A DNA stretch of 64,000 bases, taken from the NCBI GenBank assembly GCA_023430685.1, contig JAEYZH010000024.1:1372-65371 (forward strand), in the 5' to 3' direction. Position numbers and translations under genes: made by a program. Below the pieces are notes generated by a model. It was not told where the DNA came from. It did not search any database and worked only from the letters and a program-made list of their open reading frames with translations. Below are positions 27,793 through 37,226 of this stretch, in pieces (position 1 is the first letter of the stretch; each line of letters begins with the position of its first letter). This stretch comes from Pseudomonadota bacterium (GTDB taxonomy: Bacteria; Pseudomonadota; Gammaproteobacteria; Xanthomonadales; Rhodanobacteraceae).

Positions 27793-29606
27793 CAGACCTC
27801 CTTCACCTTGATCTTGAAATCGACCTCCTTCACGCGGCCGTCTTCGGTTTCGATCGTGAGGGTCAGCTTGTAGGTCACGCCGTCGATGCCGTCGGAGAGC
27901 CAGACTTTTACGCGCGAGGACCGCAGCCCGGGGTTGCTCAGTGCCGGCCCATCGTCGTCGGTCATGCGCACGACCTGGACGATGGTCAGGTCGGAGGTAT
28001 TGCCGCTGGTCGCCGACACGACCGCGCACTGCGCGGCTTCGATTTCGTCGCCCGGGATCTGCTCGAACCACGGACGGAAGTCGATGTCGTAGCCGAGCGT
28101 TTCGCCGGGTTGCTTCGTGAAGGTCTTCATGGCGCCGCTGTCGTCCGTGATGGCGAAAGACCAGTCCTCGGGCTCGATCGAGTTCGACCAGTCGTCGGGC
28201 TCGAGGACATAGGTGCGGAAGTCCGGTTCCGGGTCGTAGAGGTTGATCCAGATCGTGCCGGCGACCGTCGGCGCTCCGGCCTCCGCCTGAGCCGCGAGGA
28301 TGCGCGTACGAACCAGCGCATTCCCGTCTGCATCGACCTCGATTGTCGCGTCGGCGCGCAGCTCGCGATAAGTGAAATAGGGCGCAGGATCGACGTCGGC
28401 GCCCACCGTGGCCTCGGCCGCGAGCTTGATCGCGAGTTTGACGTCGGCGGCCGCTTCGCCCGAGATGCCGCAGACGACTTCGCCGGCCAGCGGGATCGCT
28501 TCCTTGATTGCTGGCGGCGCCGCGTCGACGTAGACCAGCGCCTCGCCGTAGAGCTTCTCGGCGTAGTTCACGTCGCCATAGGCGATCGGCGCGCCACAGA
28601 TCACGCTCGCGCTGAGGCCGCGGAAGTGCAACAACAGCGGCTCGGAAGTCGTCGCGGTCGCGAGCCCGGCCGCATACAGGAACCGCTGGCCGCGCAGGCG
28701 TGGAAGCGTGTTGACCTTCGCACCAGCGCTCGCGGTCGCCGCACCGATGCGCGCGGTGCGAAAGAGCGCGACCTGGCTGGTCGGCGCGCCAGCAACCACC
28801 GGATCCGCGAGCACCGTCACGAAGCCGCGCAGCGCGGGGAAGTTCGCGGTCGCGCCGGCGAGTTGCGGATTGCTTCGGAACTCGACGTAGCGGTTCACCT
28901 GGTTGCTGGCGACACCGCTGACCGCGATGGAGCCGGTGCCGCGCAGGAGCTTGGTCGGGTCGATGACGCACTCGGCGTCGGCCCCGAGGACGAGATCCGT
29001 GGCGAGCTCGGCATATCGGACCGGCGTTCCCTTGTCGTCGACGATCGTGTCGGGATTGCCGATGCCGCGCACCAGCACGTTCGCAACCGCGAAGGCGCGG
29101 CGATCAGCGAACATCCCGGCATCGTCCACGTCGGCGCCGCATGCCGCCGTCCCGAGCAGCCGGCGGATGCGCACGAGCTCTGGATCGTCACCGATGTCGA
29201 CGAACGCGCCGGCCGAGGCATCCGCCTCGAATAGCACGTCGTAGGGGTACATCAGCGCAGTGGCGCCAGCGGTCGCTTCCGCGGCAAGGAAGACGTCGAA
29301 CTGCGCACCAAGCAGGCTGTCGGTGAGGACGAAGGCCTGGGCGTACATGCGCCGCACGGGCGCGATGAAGTTGTCGTCGTCGGCGACCGCGCCAGCCGAG
29401 GCGTTCGATCGCAGGGCTCGTCGGCGATACAGCGCTACGGCCGGCGTTGCGCCACCCGATGCGGATGCCTGAAGCCCTCGGCGTCGATAGAGGATCGGCG
29501 GATCAACCGCCGCTCCCGCCGTCTGTGTGGCGGCGAGAGCGACGATCTTCTGGAGCTGTCCGCTGCCGTTGAGCTCTTGGGCGTTGAGCCAAAGAGCGTT
29601 GAGCAC
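27792..29606 (-). CDS. Repeat-rich tail protein with a C-terminal fibre-adaptor-like domain (604 aa)
   Basis: The N-terminal ~470 aa is built of about 20 degenerate ~21-aa repeats (A-x-A-x-x-G-A ... R-x-x-L). The C-terminal 112 aa, MKTFTKQPGETLGYDIDFRPWF...VKVWLSDGIDGVTYKLTLTIETEDGR, resembles a small phage Ig-like/adaptor family. GTG start. Confidence 0.7.
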   Translation of the reverse strand: MLNALWLNAQELNGSGQLQKIVALAATQTAGAAVDPPILYRRRGLQASASGGATPAVALYRRRALRSNASAGAVADDDNFIAPVRRMYAQAFVLTDSLLGAQFDVFLAAEATAGATALMYPYDVLFEADASAGAFVDIGDDPELVRIRRLLGTAACGADVDDAGMFADRRAFAVANVLVRGIGNPDTIVDDKGTPVRYAELATDLVLGADAECVIDPTKLLRGTGSIAVSGVASNQVNRYVEFRSNPQLAGATANFPALRGFVTVLADPVVAGAPTSQVALFRTARIGAATASAGAKVNTLPRLRGQRFLYAAGLATATTSEPLLLHFRGLSASVICGAPIAYGDVNYAEKLYGEALVYVDAAPPAIKEAIPLAGEVVCGISGEAAADVKLAIKLAAEATVGADVDPAPYFTYRELRADATIEVDADGNALVRTRILAAQAEAGAPTVAGTIWINLYDPEPDFRTYVLEPDDWSNSIEPEDWSFAITDDSGAMKTFTKQPGETLGYDIDFRPWFEQIPGDEIEAAQCAVVSATSGNTSDLTIVQVVRMTDDDGPALSNPGLRSSRVKVWLSDGIDGVTYKLTLTIETEDGRVKEVDFKIKVKEV

Positions 29607-29617
29607 GGCCTACCCCC

Positions 29618-30031
29618 TCAGTCGAACGTGATCTTCAGCGCGTTCGTCGGGAAGGACGGGACGTCCGTGGGGTCGAGCGTCTTGCTCGCCGTCAGCGGTC
29701 CGTACAGCAGCATGTTGCCGAGCGTGAGCGAGTCGAAGATCGCCCAGTGGCTGATCGTTACCGGGGAGACGCCGCCGACCGCCGGGAACACGATGGTGTT
29801 CCCGTTCTGGGTCATGCCGTTCGCATCGATCGCGGTGAACGCCGATGCCGGCGTTGCGCCGCACGACACGCGCGCGTAGTTCGTGTACGTGGTTTCCGAT
29901 CCGCCGCCTGCTTCGCCAGGATCCGACGTGAAGAGGGCCAGAAAGACCTCGCCGGGCGACGTGAACGCCGTCCCGCGCAGGATCACATCGGCCATCTTGC
30001 CCTCGAGGTAGTTGCTCAGTGCACCAGCCAT
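29618..30031 (-). CDS. Conserved phage virion protein (137 aa)
   Basis: AAGGAG lies 6 nt upstream of the ATG. SNYLEGKMADVILRGTAFTSPGEVFLALFTSDPGE...ISHWAIFDS matches a small family I recall from podophage and BPP-1-like tail regions (unverified). Confidence 0.6.
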   Translation of the reverse strand: MAGALSNYLEGKMADVILRGTAFTSPGEVFLALFTSDPGEAGGGSETTYTNYARVSCGATPASAFTAIDANGMTQNGNTIVFPAVGGVSPVTISHWAIFDSLTLGNMLLYGPLTASKTLDPTDVPSFPTNALKITFD

Positions 30032-30077
30032 CGCACGCTCCTTGTGCAGTCAGGCCCGACCATCCTTGGTCGGGCGG

Positions 30078-30707
30078 TTACGCAAACATCCGCGGCGCCG
30101 CGCGCAGCGGAACATGGCCGCCGCTGTGCTGGTTCCGCTTCGCGCGCACGATCCATTCGTGCCCGATCTCGCTCTGAACCGCCGCTTCCTTCAGGTTGTG
30201 CCATGGCATGCCAGGCGACAGCGCCATCAGGTCCGCCTTCGCGAGCGCGATCAGTCCGGGCCGGTACGCGATCGCGATGTCGTCGGGAAGCGTGGTCGCG
30301 CTCGGCAGCGGCACCAGCGTCGCGTACACCGCAATCGGACCTGTCTCGCCGACCGCCGGCGTCGGCCACAGGTGCAGGACCTGCGCGGCCGTCGACGTGC
30401 TGTAGGCGCGCGGAACACCCGGCACCGCGCTCTGCGCCAACAGCTCGCGATCGCGCACATGGAAGTCGAGCAGCGCGCCCTTGTACTTCACCCACACCGC
30501 GCGCTCGACGCGCGCTCCGCTCGGCGCGCCGATGTCGTATTCCGACTGGCCCGGCACGGCAGGCTGATCGTCCAGCACCTCCTGCCAGACATGCGACTCG
30601 CGGCACAGCGCCGCCGCAGCGCGGCGCAGCGCTCCGAGGATGACCGGATCCGGCGCAGCCGGCAGGCCCGCCCTCGCGTCCGGAAGCATGTCCTCGAAGC
30701 GCGCCAC
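30078..30707 (-). CDS. Head-tail connector/adaptor candidate (209 aa)
   Basis: Position between a head-completion-like gene and tail genes. GTG start at 30707. No motif beyond context. Confidence 0.5.
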   Translation of the reverse strand: MARFEDMLPDARAGLPAAPDPVILGALRRAAAALCRESHVWQEVLDDQPAVPGQSEYDIGAPSGARVERAVWVKYKGALLDFHVRDRELLAQSAVPGVPRAYSTSTAAQVLHLWPTPAVGETGPIAVYATLVPLPSATTLPDDIAIAYRPGLIALAKADLMALSPGMPWHNLKEAAVQSEIGHEWIVRAKRNQHSGGHVPLRAAPRMFA

Positions 30708-30711
30708 GTCG

Positions 30712-31461
30712 TCAGCCGCCCGTGCGGTTCTGGGGAGCAGCCGCCGGCGTCGGCGTCGCCAGCTGCGCGGCTGCGGCCATGAACTCCGTGGTCATCGACA
30801 CGTTCAGCGAGTTGCCGAACGCCTCGAGGTGCGCCATCGCGCGCTGCATATTGCCGGCGTAGCTCGCATCCTTCGCGTAGCAGCGCATCAGCACGAAGTC
30901 GAGCAGCGCATTCACGTACTGGTCGCTGAGCGTCAGCACGTCGGTGCCGGTGGTCGGCGAGCCATCGCCATTCGTCAGCACGGTCACCGGCAGGCCCGAG
31001 TAGACCACCTCGATGTAGGTGTTCGAAGGCGTCGGGATCGACGGGTAGACGTAGAACACCTTCGGCGCGATGTTGTCGAAGATGTAGTGCTGCACGATCG
31101 CCGAGGCGTTCGCCGAGTGCCAGTCCGGCAGTTCGTTGTCCAGCGCGACGCGCGAGCACTCGCGGATCGCGCGGCCAGGCGTGAGGCCATTCGCCCCCAT
31201 GTTGCGGACCGCGCGCAGGAAACGAATGCCCTTCGGCGTGGAGACGCCAGCCGGATCCGTACCATCCGCCATCGGGATCGACTGCTTCGATCCCGCGACC
31301 AGCTTGACCGAAGCGGTGACCGCATTCGAATCGGGGCGCAGCAGAATGATCTGCCGCTGCCCGTCATTGATGTAGTTCACCAGCTCCTGCAGGGACCAAC
31401 GGACATTGGTCGTGTCCTGCAGCGCGATCGATGCCCGCTGGATGATCTCAGTCGCCCGCAT
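30712..31461 (-). CDS. Head completion / adaptor candidate (249 aa)
   Basis: GAGGG lies 8 nt upstream of the ATG at 31461. Positioned downstream of the capsid and decoration genes. Confidence 0.5.
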   Translation of the reverse strand: MRATEIIQRASIALQDTTNVRWSLQELVNYINDGQRQIILLRPDSNAVTASVKLVAGSKQSIPMADGTDPAGVSTPKGIRFLRAVRNMGANGLTPGRAIRECSRVALDNELPDWHSANASAIVQHYIFDNIAPKVFYVYPSIPTPSNTYIEVVYSGLPVTVLTNGDGSPTTGTDVLTLSDQYVNALLDFVLMRCYAKDASYAGNMQRAMAHLEAFGNSLNVSMTTEFMAAAAQLATPTPAAAPQNRTGG

Positions 31462-31834
31462 TGCCGCCGCCCTCGGCGCCGACGGTGGCCAGCACTTCGG
31501 CCAGCTTCGCCTGCAGCGTGGTCAGGCCCGGGTTGCCCGGCAGCTTCACGCCACGCTCGGCGAGCAAGCGCTTGAGCTCGTCCTTGTCGGTGATCTCGAT
31601 CGGGTTGATCGTCGATGCGCCGCCGGCGTCGCCAGCACCGCCCGCATTGCCGCCGCCCTCGGCAGCACTCGCTTCAGCCTGCGCGCGCGACGGCTTGGCC
31701 TGCCGCGTGAAGTCCGTCGCCCCGAGTTCGACGGCCTCGGCATGGCTGATCTCGACCATGTCGGATCGGCGCGCGAGCTGCTCGGTCCAGGGCCACGCGG
31801 TGTTGCCGTCCCGCTTCTTCAACCACTTCATCAT
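31448..31834 (-). CDS. Hypothetical protein with HeH/SAP-like motif (128 aa)
   Basis: GAGGA lies upstream of the ATGATG. DKDELKRLLAERGVKLPGNPGLTTLQAKLAEV is a helix-extended-helix-like motif. AEGGGNAG occurs twice. Confidence 0.5.
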   Translation of the reverse strand: MMKWLKKRDGNTAWPWTEQLARRSDMVEISHAEAVELGATDFTRQAKPSRAQAEASAAEGGGNAGGAGDAGGASTINPIEITDKDELKRLLAERGVKLPGNPGLTTLQAKLAEVLATVGAEGGGNAGD

Positions 31835-31889
31835 CGAATCCTCGATTGGCGTGAGCCAAGGCGCGCCGAAGCGCGCCGTGGCCGAATCG

Positions 31890-32315
31890 TCACAGGCCGA
31901 ACATCAGCGCCTTGACTTCGATGACCGCGTCCGACAGCGCTTGGACGGGCGTGAGGTCGATGGTGTCCGCCGCGGCGTAGAACTTGCCGAGCGAGTAACC
32001 GGTCGGCGTGTTCGGCGTGCCCTCGGTCAGAGCCGGGGCCATTGCGCCGTGCGCGATCGTCTTCGCGTCGATGCCGTCTGCGAATCCGTCCGGGTCGACG
32101 CCGTCGCCGATGTCGAACGTGCGCGTGCTCGAGCCGGTGTCGGCCTTGATGACGCGATACGACACCTTCGCGACGAAGGTGCCGGCCGGGACGTTGAAGA
32201 TCTCGTGCGCGGCCGCCGCGAGCGGCGTCTTGGCGCAGTCGATCAGCGCCGTGACGACGACGCCGGCCTGCGCACCGTAGGGAAGAGCGGCGGTGCCGCC
32301 CGTGGTGAGGTTCAT
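31890..32315 (-). CDS. Capsid decoration / cement protein candidate (141 aa)
   Basis: Sits immediately downstream of the major capsid gene. Beta-rich, with AGGA upstream of the ATG. The call is based on context. Confidence 0.5.
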   Translation of the reverse strand: MNLTTGGTAALPYGAQAGVVVTALIDCAKTPLAAAAHEIFNVPAGTFVAKVSYRVIKADTGSSTRTFDIGDGVDPDGFADGIDAKTIAHGAMAPALTEGTPNTPTGYSLGKFYAAADTIDLTPVQALSDAVIEVKALMFGL

Positions 32316-32378
32316 GGTCCGAGTCCTTTCGTATGGCTGGGCAGGTTGCTGGGCGGCCGAAGCCGCCCAGCCGGTCGG

Positions 32379-33323
32379 TCAGAGCGTTCCCTTGGAGACG
32401 CAGTAGCTCACGAGCGCCTGCGGCTTCAGCACCTTCCAGTCCGCGACCGCCAGGCCGCGCGCCGCCGAGCCGAACGTCTGCTCGAGCACCGGGATGACCT
32501 GGTTCTGGGTGAGCTGGGCGGCGAAGCTGATCGCCGAGCGGTGCGTCGCGATGCCGTTCCAGCACTTCGTGGTGGACTGCATCTCGGTCGGGATCAGGTT
32601 GGAGTTGAAGACCTCCAGCCGGTCGATCACGCCGACGCGACCCGAACGCAGCGCGGACTTGCCGTCGCCGGTCAGCGACGCATCCTTGATGTCGCTGTTC
32701 TTCAGGCGCGCGGTCAGCCACGCGGGGACCACGCACTTGCGGTCCTCTTCCGGCACGTTCTGCTCGTCCATCACCTGCGCGATGTTGAGCAGGAACGCGA
32801 TCGGAGTGACCTGGCCGACGCCGTTGCCGACGACGACGTTCGTGGAACCGGACGCGCCGAGGTTGATGTCGCCACTGATCGCGCCGGCGGCGATACCACG
32901 GTTCGCCGGATCGGCGTCGACGTAGACGTCGCCGAGGAAGTCGCGATCCCAGTCGATCTTCAGCTGCTGGGCGGCATCGCGGGACCAGTCTTCCTGGAAG
33001 TCCAGGTCCGACTGGAACTTGTCGATGTCGTCGATGTGCACGTTCCAGTACTTCGCGCGCTCGATCGGGAACTCGACCACGTTGGGCTGCGGATTCTGGA
33101 CTTCCAGAATCTGGCCCTTCGTGTAGTTCTTGATGCGCACGTCCGGCGTCGTGCGGATGATGACCTTGTCGCCCTGCGACTTGATCTCGCCCTCGTAGTC
33201 GGTGTTGCAGATCTGGGCCATCACGCACGCGGCGTAGAACTTGACCAGGATCTTGCCCGACCAGACCTCGGGGATCAGGATGCCGGACTGCTGGGGAAAG
33301 CCGGCGGCGGCTCCGATAGACAT
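32379..33323 (-). CDS. Major capsid protein (HK97-fold type)
   Basis: 314 aa, placed after the scaffold gene and before the decoration candidate. Sequence typical of P22/BPP-1-like coat proteins (FPQQSGILIPEVWSGKILVKFY...). AAAGGA RBS. Confidence 0.8.
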   Translation of the reverse strand: MSIGAAAGFPQQSGILIPEVWSGKILVKFYAACVMAQICNTDYEGEIKSQGDKVIIRTTPDVRIKNYTKGQILEVQNPQPNVVEFPIERAKYWNVHIDDIDKFQSDLDFQEDWSRDAAQQLKIDWDRDFLGDVYVDADPANRGIAAGAISGDINLGASGSTNVVVGNGVGQVTPIAFLLNIAQVMDEQNVPEEDRKCVVPAWLTARLKNSDIKDASLTGDGKSALRSGRVGVIDRLEVFNSNLIPTEMQSTTKCWNGIATHRSAISFAAQLTQNQVIPVLEQTFGSAARGLAVADWKVLKPQALVSYCVSKGTL

Positions 33324-33374
33324 GGTGAGAATCCTTTCTCTGGGTCGGCCATCCTTGGCCGGTATGCGCTCGCG

Positions 33375-34379
33375 CTATCGAACGCGTCCTTCCTTCTGAG
33401 CCGCGGTGATCTCCGCTTCCAGCACCTTGAAATCGTCCTCGGAAATCTTCCCGATGGCCCGGCGCTTGTAGACCTCGCCGACTTCGGCCGTGGTCCAGAG
33501 ATGCTTCTCGCGATTCGGTTGCGTGCCGCCGCCCGGCGTCGGAACCTGCTGGCGTGCGAGCTTGTCGTCGACCGGCTGCGGCGCCGGCGGCTGATCGGCG
33601 GGCTTGATGCCAGCCTGCTCCTTGTAGGCGTTGAAGAACTCCGCGACGGCCGCGACGTCGCCATCCCGGAAGGCTTCCGCGATCAGTTCCTGCCGCGGTC
33701 GACGTGCGAAGCGATCGCGCTCGGCAAGGTACGCATGCCAGCGCTCGTCCGTATCGATCGACTGCCAGTCGGGAACCACTCGCGTCAGATCTGCCATGAA
33801 GGCCTGTCGCGCTGCCCTTGCTCGATCCGCCGCGACGTCCTCGGTCGCCTTGACGGCGGCCGTGGCCTGTTCGCGCACGGGCTCGATGTCCTTGCGTACG
33901 CCTGCGGCTGCGCTGTCTGCCCTGTTCGCGACGAACGCCTCGATCTCGTCGGCCACCTGGTCGCCCAGCGCCTCCCGGACTGCAGCCGGGAGTTTCGTCG
34001 CGGGCTCCGGTGCCGGAGTCGGTGTCGGAGGCGGTTGATCGGGGCTGGGAGTGCGCGCCTTGGAGAGCTCCGCCTGAAGCGCCGCGAGCCGTTCCTGTGC
34101 GTCCTTCAACTCGCGATTGAGCCTCGGGACGTCGGCGTTGTACATGCCCTGCAGCGTGAGGTACTTCGCCTTCCAGTCCGTGCGGTCCTGTCCGTCCTTC
34201 GGCGGATCCTGCTGCGTAGGCGGATCGTTCGGCGCCGGTGGATCACTCGGGTTTGGCGGTTGCGGTGGGTCCTGCGGCGGGTCGCCTGCCGGCGGGTCCT
34301 GCGTTCGGGATTTCATCGCTTCCTGAATCGCTCGCTCCGAGCGATCCGCGGCATCCTGCACCTGCTTGGGCAGCTTCAT
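33375..34379 (-). CDS. Scaffolding protein (334 aa)
   Basis: Lies between portal and capsid. Has a Pro-rich low-complexity region (DPPAGDPPQDPPQPPNPSDPPAPNDPP) followed by long coiled-coil helices. Start set at MKLPKQ (ATG 34379). Confidence 0.7.
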   Translation of the reverse strand: MKLPKQVQDAADRSERAIQEAMKSRTQDPPAGDPPQDPPQPPNPSDPPAPNDPPTQQDPPKDGQDRTDWKAKYLTLQGMYNADVPRLNRELKDAQERLAALQAELSKARTPSPDQPPPTPTPAPEPATKLPAAVREALGDQVADEIEAFVANRADSAAAGVRKDIEPVREQATAAVKATEDVAADRARAARQAFMADLTRVVPDWQSIDTDERWHAYLAERDRFARRPRQELIAEAFRDGDVAAVAEFFNAYKEQAGIKPADQPPAPQPVDDKLARQQVPTPGGGTQPNREKHLWTTAEVGEVYKRRAIGKISEDDFKVLEAEITAAQKEGRVR

Positions 34380-34424
34380 CGTCGATCCTTGAGGTCCGCG
34401 TTGCGCGGTGTCCATCGGGTGAGG

Positions 34425-34664
34425 CTATCGCCTCGCATCCTGGCGCTTTGCGAGCGCTGCGCGCGCGCCTTGCACCAGTTCCATGAGTTCGCCCGCCAGG
34501 CTCGCGCGCCCTTGCGCACGGCCGGTGAGCACCAGATCGGTCACCTGCTCCAGAGCATCCCTTGCATCTTCGCGGCGCTTCGCGATCTCGTCGAGGAAGA
34601 CTCGGAAATCGGGATCGCGCTCGAGGCGTGCGCAGGCTTGCTCCAGTGCGTGTTGACCTTCCAT
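34425..34664 (-). CDS. Small helical hypothetical protein (79 aa)
   Basis: ORF between portal and scaffold with good codon bias but no clear RBS. Confidence 0.4.
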   Translation of the reverse strand: MEGQHALEQACARLERDPDFRVFLDEIAKRREDARDALEQVTDLVLTGRAQGRASLAGELMELVQGARAALAKRQDARR

Positions 34665-34706
34665 TGCGGCGCATCGTGCAGTCGCGCCACGCGCGCGCCT
34701 AGTGAA

Positions 34707-36758
34707 TTACGCGGCTTCGCGGAACAGCGCGTGATCGACGCCGCCGGCGGGATTGCCAGCAGCGTCGACGGCGCCCGGTTGTCCGGGCTGCTGGCCAGGC
34801 GTGCCGAGCATCATGGTTGCCTGCCGCTGCTGCGCCAGCATTTCGTCCTTCGACGGCAGAATGTCGTCGGGGTTGAGGTCGAGCGCCTTGATCGTTTCGC
34901 GCAGGAGCGCCGCGCGTCCCATAGGTCCGAGGATCGGCGCATCGATCGCGTTCGCCGTAGCCTGCAGGAACTGGGTGCGGCGCAGTTGCTGCTGCTCCTT
35001 CGCGACCAGCGAAGCAGCGCCGCGCGCCTGCAGCTGCGCATCGCCCTTCACGTCGGGGTTCGGGTCGAACAGCATGATGTGCGTGTGCACGCGGTTGAGG
35101 CTGCCTTCGATCACGCGGTCGATCGCGGCGATGACCCGCTTGATCTGGCGCGAGCTCGCGGTCATCAACATCGACAGGCCGGACGCGGTGCCAGCCGCTC
35201 CCGTCGTCGGATTGACGCCCTGCTCGTAGCTCGGGATGCCGCTGTAGTTGTCGGCCAGCTGCGCGAAGTAGCCGTAGACCTTCATCAGCACGTCGACCAC
35301 CGACTGCGGATTGTGGAACCGCACCGCCGGCGACGGCGTCGTTTTGCTCGACTTCGTCTGGAAGATGCGCCACGGGTAGAGCTGAGTCACGTCCTCGCCG
35401 GACGCGAGACGATCGACCTCGACCTCGATCATCGGACCGGATGCGATGCCCATGTTGTTGCACAGTGCGCGCGCGCAGGCGTTGCAGATGTTCTGCAGGT
35501 CGCGGATGAGGCGCGGCAGGCCACGGCCCCAGAACTGGCCTTTGATCGAATCGAAGCTCGCCTTCATGTACGGCCGGCGGCGCAGCGGGTCTTCGTTGAG
35601 CACGCACCGCACGATGAACCGGCCGACCTTCAGGCAGGTAACCTCGTAGTCGGCATCGGCATCGGGAACCTGCGCCGCCTCCATGCCCCACTCGAGCAGC
35701 CATTCGCCGCGCACGGAGCCGTGGAACTCGAGCGCGTCGATCGTGCCGTCCGGCGACATCTGCCAGTTGCGCGACCGCTCCAGCTCTCGGCGCTGCTGGT
35801 CGCCGGCGATCGCCAGGTCGTACCCACTGCGCTGATATTCCTCGAGGGCCGCACGGATTTTCTGCTCGTCGTAGCCGGGGACACCGATCATCGAGAAGAG
35901 CGCCGACCGGCGCAGCGGAATGCGTTCGAACAGGTAGCCGTCGTCAATGTCGCGGCTGTCGGGCGCCGGGTAGATGTCGAGCACCGATGGCGAGTAGAAC
36001 ATCGGCACGAGCTCGTCCTCGGCCTGCGGCACCGACTTCCCGGTCTTCGGATCGGGCACCCAGGTCAGGCGGCGATTCTTGCGGATTACAGGCCCTTTGA
36101 GGATGCCGGCCGGCAGCGCGACGAGATCGGGGATCATGTCCTCCATCGCGTCGTACCACGCGCCCTCGACCAGCACGTCGTCGATGGCATCTTCCATGCG
36201 CTGCGCGCGGATCTTCGCTTCGTCGCGCATGCGCTGCTGGATCTGGTCGTAGAGCGACCGCGCGCGCTCGTACACCGCTTCTGGCGTCACGAACAGGCCC
36301 GCCTGAATCGCCTGCTCGAGTTCGATCATGGTGCGCTGGTAGATGCCGGCCTTGAGTTCCTGCGGCAGGTCATCGGGCACCGGCGTCGGCTTCACCGTGA
36401 AGGGACGCTCGCCGGCGGGCAGCAGGATGTCGCGAATCCAGCCCTCCGCGGCGCGGCACTTCACGTTGGTCAGCAGCATGTAGACCTCGCTGCCGCCCTG
36501 CTTCCTGATCTCCGCGAGCTTCGTCGGCGAGTAAATGCCCTCGCGCTGCCGCAGGTCCTCGAGCATGTCCGGCTCGATCTGCGACTCCTTCGCGGAGCGC
36601 GCAGCCTCCCAGCAGTTCGCGATGTAGCTGTCGAGACGGCTGAGCAGGTTCTGGTAGGGATCGTTACCGGGCGACGGCGCAGACGTCGGAGCGCCAGGCG
36701 CCGCGTCGCGCTTCGCCGACTGGACCTGCTTCAGGATCTCTTCGAGTAGCCCAGGCAT
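34707..36758 (-). CDS. Portal protein (683 aa)
   Basis: Size and position (first gene of the head module downstream of terL) support the call. AGGAAG lies 8 nt upstream of the ATG at 36758. Confidence 0.8.
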   Translation of the reverse strand: MPGLLEEILKQVQSAKRDAAPGAPTSAPSPGNDPYQNLLSRLDSYIANCWEAARSAKESQIEPDMLEDLRQREGIYSPTKLAEIRKQGGSEVYMLLTNVKCRAAEGWIRDILLPAGERPFTVKPTPVPDDLPQELKAGIYQRTMIELEQAIQAGLFVTPEAVYERARSLYDQIQQRMRDEAKIRAQRMEDAIDDVLVEGAWYDAMEDMIPDLVALPAGILKGPVIRKNRRLTWVPDPKTGKSVPQAEDELVPMFYSPSVLDIYPAPDSRDIDDGYLFERIPLRRSALFSMIGVPGYDEQKIRAALEEYQRSGYDLAIAGDQQRRELERSRNWQMSPDGTIDALEFHGSVRGEWLLEWGMEAAQVPDADADYEVTCLKVGRFIVRCVLNEDPLRRRPYMKASFDSIKGQFWGRGLPRLIRDLQNICNACARALCNNMGIASGPMIEVEVDRLASGEDVTQLYPWRIFQTKSSKTTPSPAVRFHNPQSVVDVLMKVYGYFAQLADNYSGIPSYEQGVNPTTGAAGTASGLSMLMTASSRQIKRVIAAIDRVIEGSLNRVHTHIMLFDPNPDVKGDAQLQARGAASLVAKEQQQLRRTQFLQATANAIDAPILGPMGRAALLRETIKALDLNPDDILPSKDEMLAQQRQATMMLGTPGQQPGQPGAVDAAGNPAGGVDHALFREAA

Positions 36759-37226
36759 TGCGTGCGCTTCCTGCTCATGTTCACTGAACTTGCTGCCGTG
36801 TCTACCCTCTCACCAGTGGGCAGAACAGTGAAGTTAATTCCGGCTCGACAGTCCACATGCCGTAAGACTTTTCCTATTTTCCTGTAAGACATTTCCTACA
36901 AGCCACCCGGCATGCCTTCAATCTCCAGCTGGAGCAATCGAGCGACACCGCGCTGCACAATGACACCGCGTGTCGCATTTGATACAGGACAATCGGCGGA
37001 GGGCGCGCTGTTCGCGCCGGGGACTCTCAGTTCTCATTGACGTCGACGCACTTTGCGTGGCCTACCACGGAGTGCCGCACGTGCCCGCCCATCCTCAACA
37101 GTCTTGAACTCGGCTGGTCGATCTTCGGCGGGCGCGATTCGACGTACTCGGACACAACTCCTTCGCCGTTCTGGCGCGCCACTGCGTGCGGCGCTCCGCT
37201 TACGCCATCTGAGAGGGGAACTCGAT

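Noticed and set aside
21260-29606. Diversity-generating retroelement (BPP-1-like phages use one on the fibre gene)
   Set aside because: I found no reverse-transcriptase-like ORF (no YxDD motif) anywhere in the window. I also found no obvious template/variable repeat pair near the 3' ends of the fibre genes.
31461-36749. 1,762-aa plus-strand ORF, the second-longest in the track
   Set aside because: It is antisense to portal, scaffold, capsid and decoration genes, each of which has an RBS, a phage-typical sequence and good third-position GC. Its translation is Arg/Ala/Gly/Leu/Asp-rich, with long R runs and no motif. This is typical of stop-free off-frames in high-GC DNA.
9182-36758. Tape-measure, tail-tube or sheath genes (siphovirus/myovirus assignment)
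   Set aside because: None is recognisable. The long ORFs here are fibre-like or the polyvalent protein. I therefore did not call a long-tailed morphology. The short-tailed inference remains unproven.
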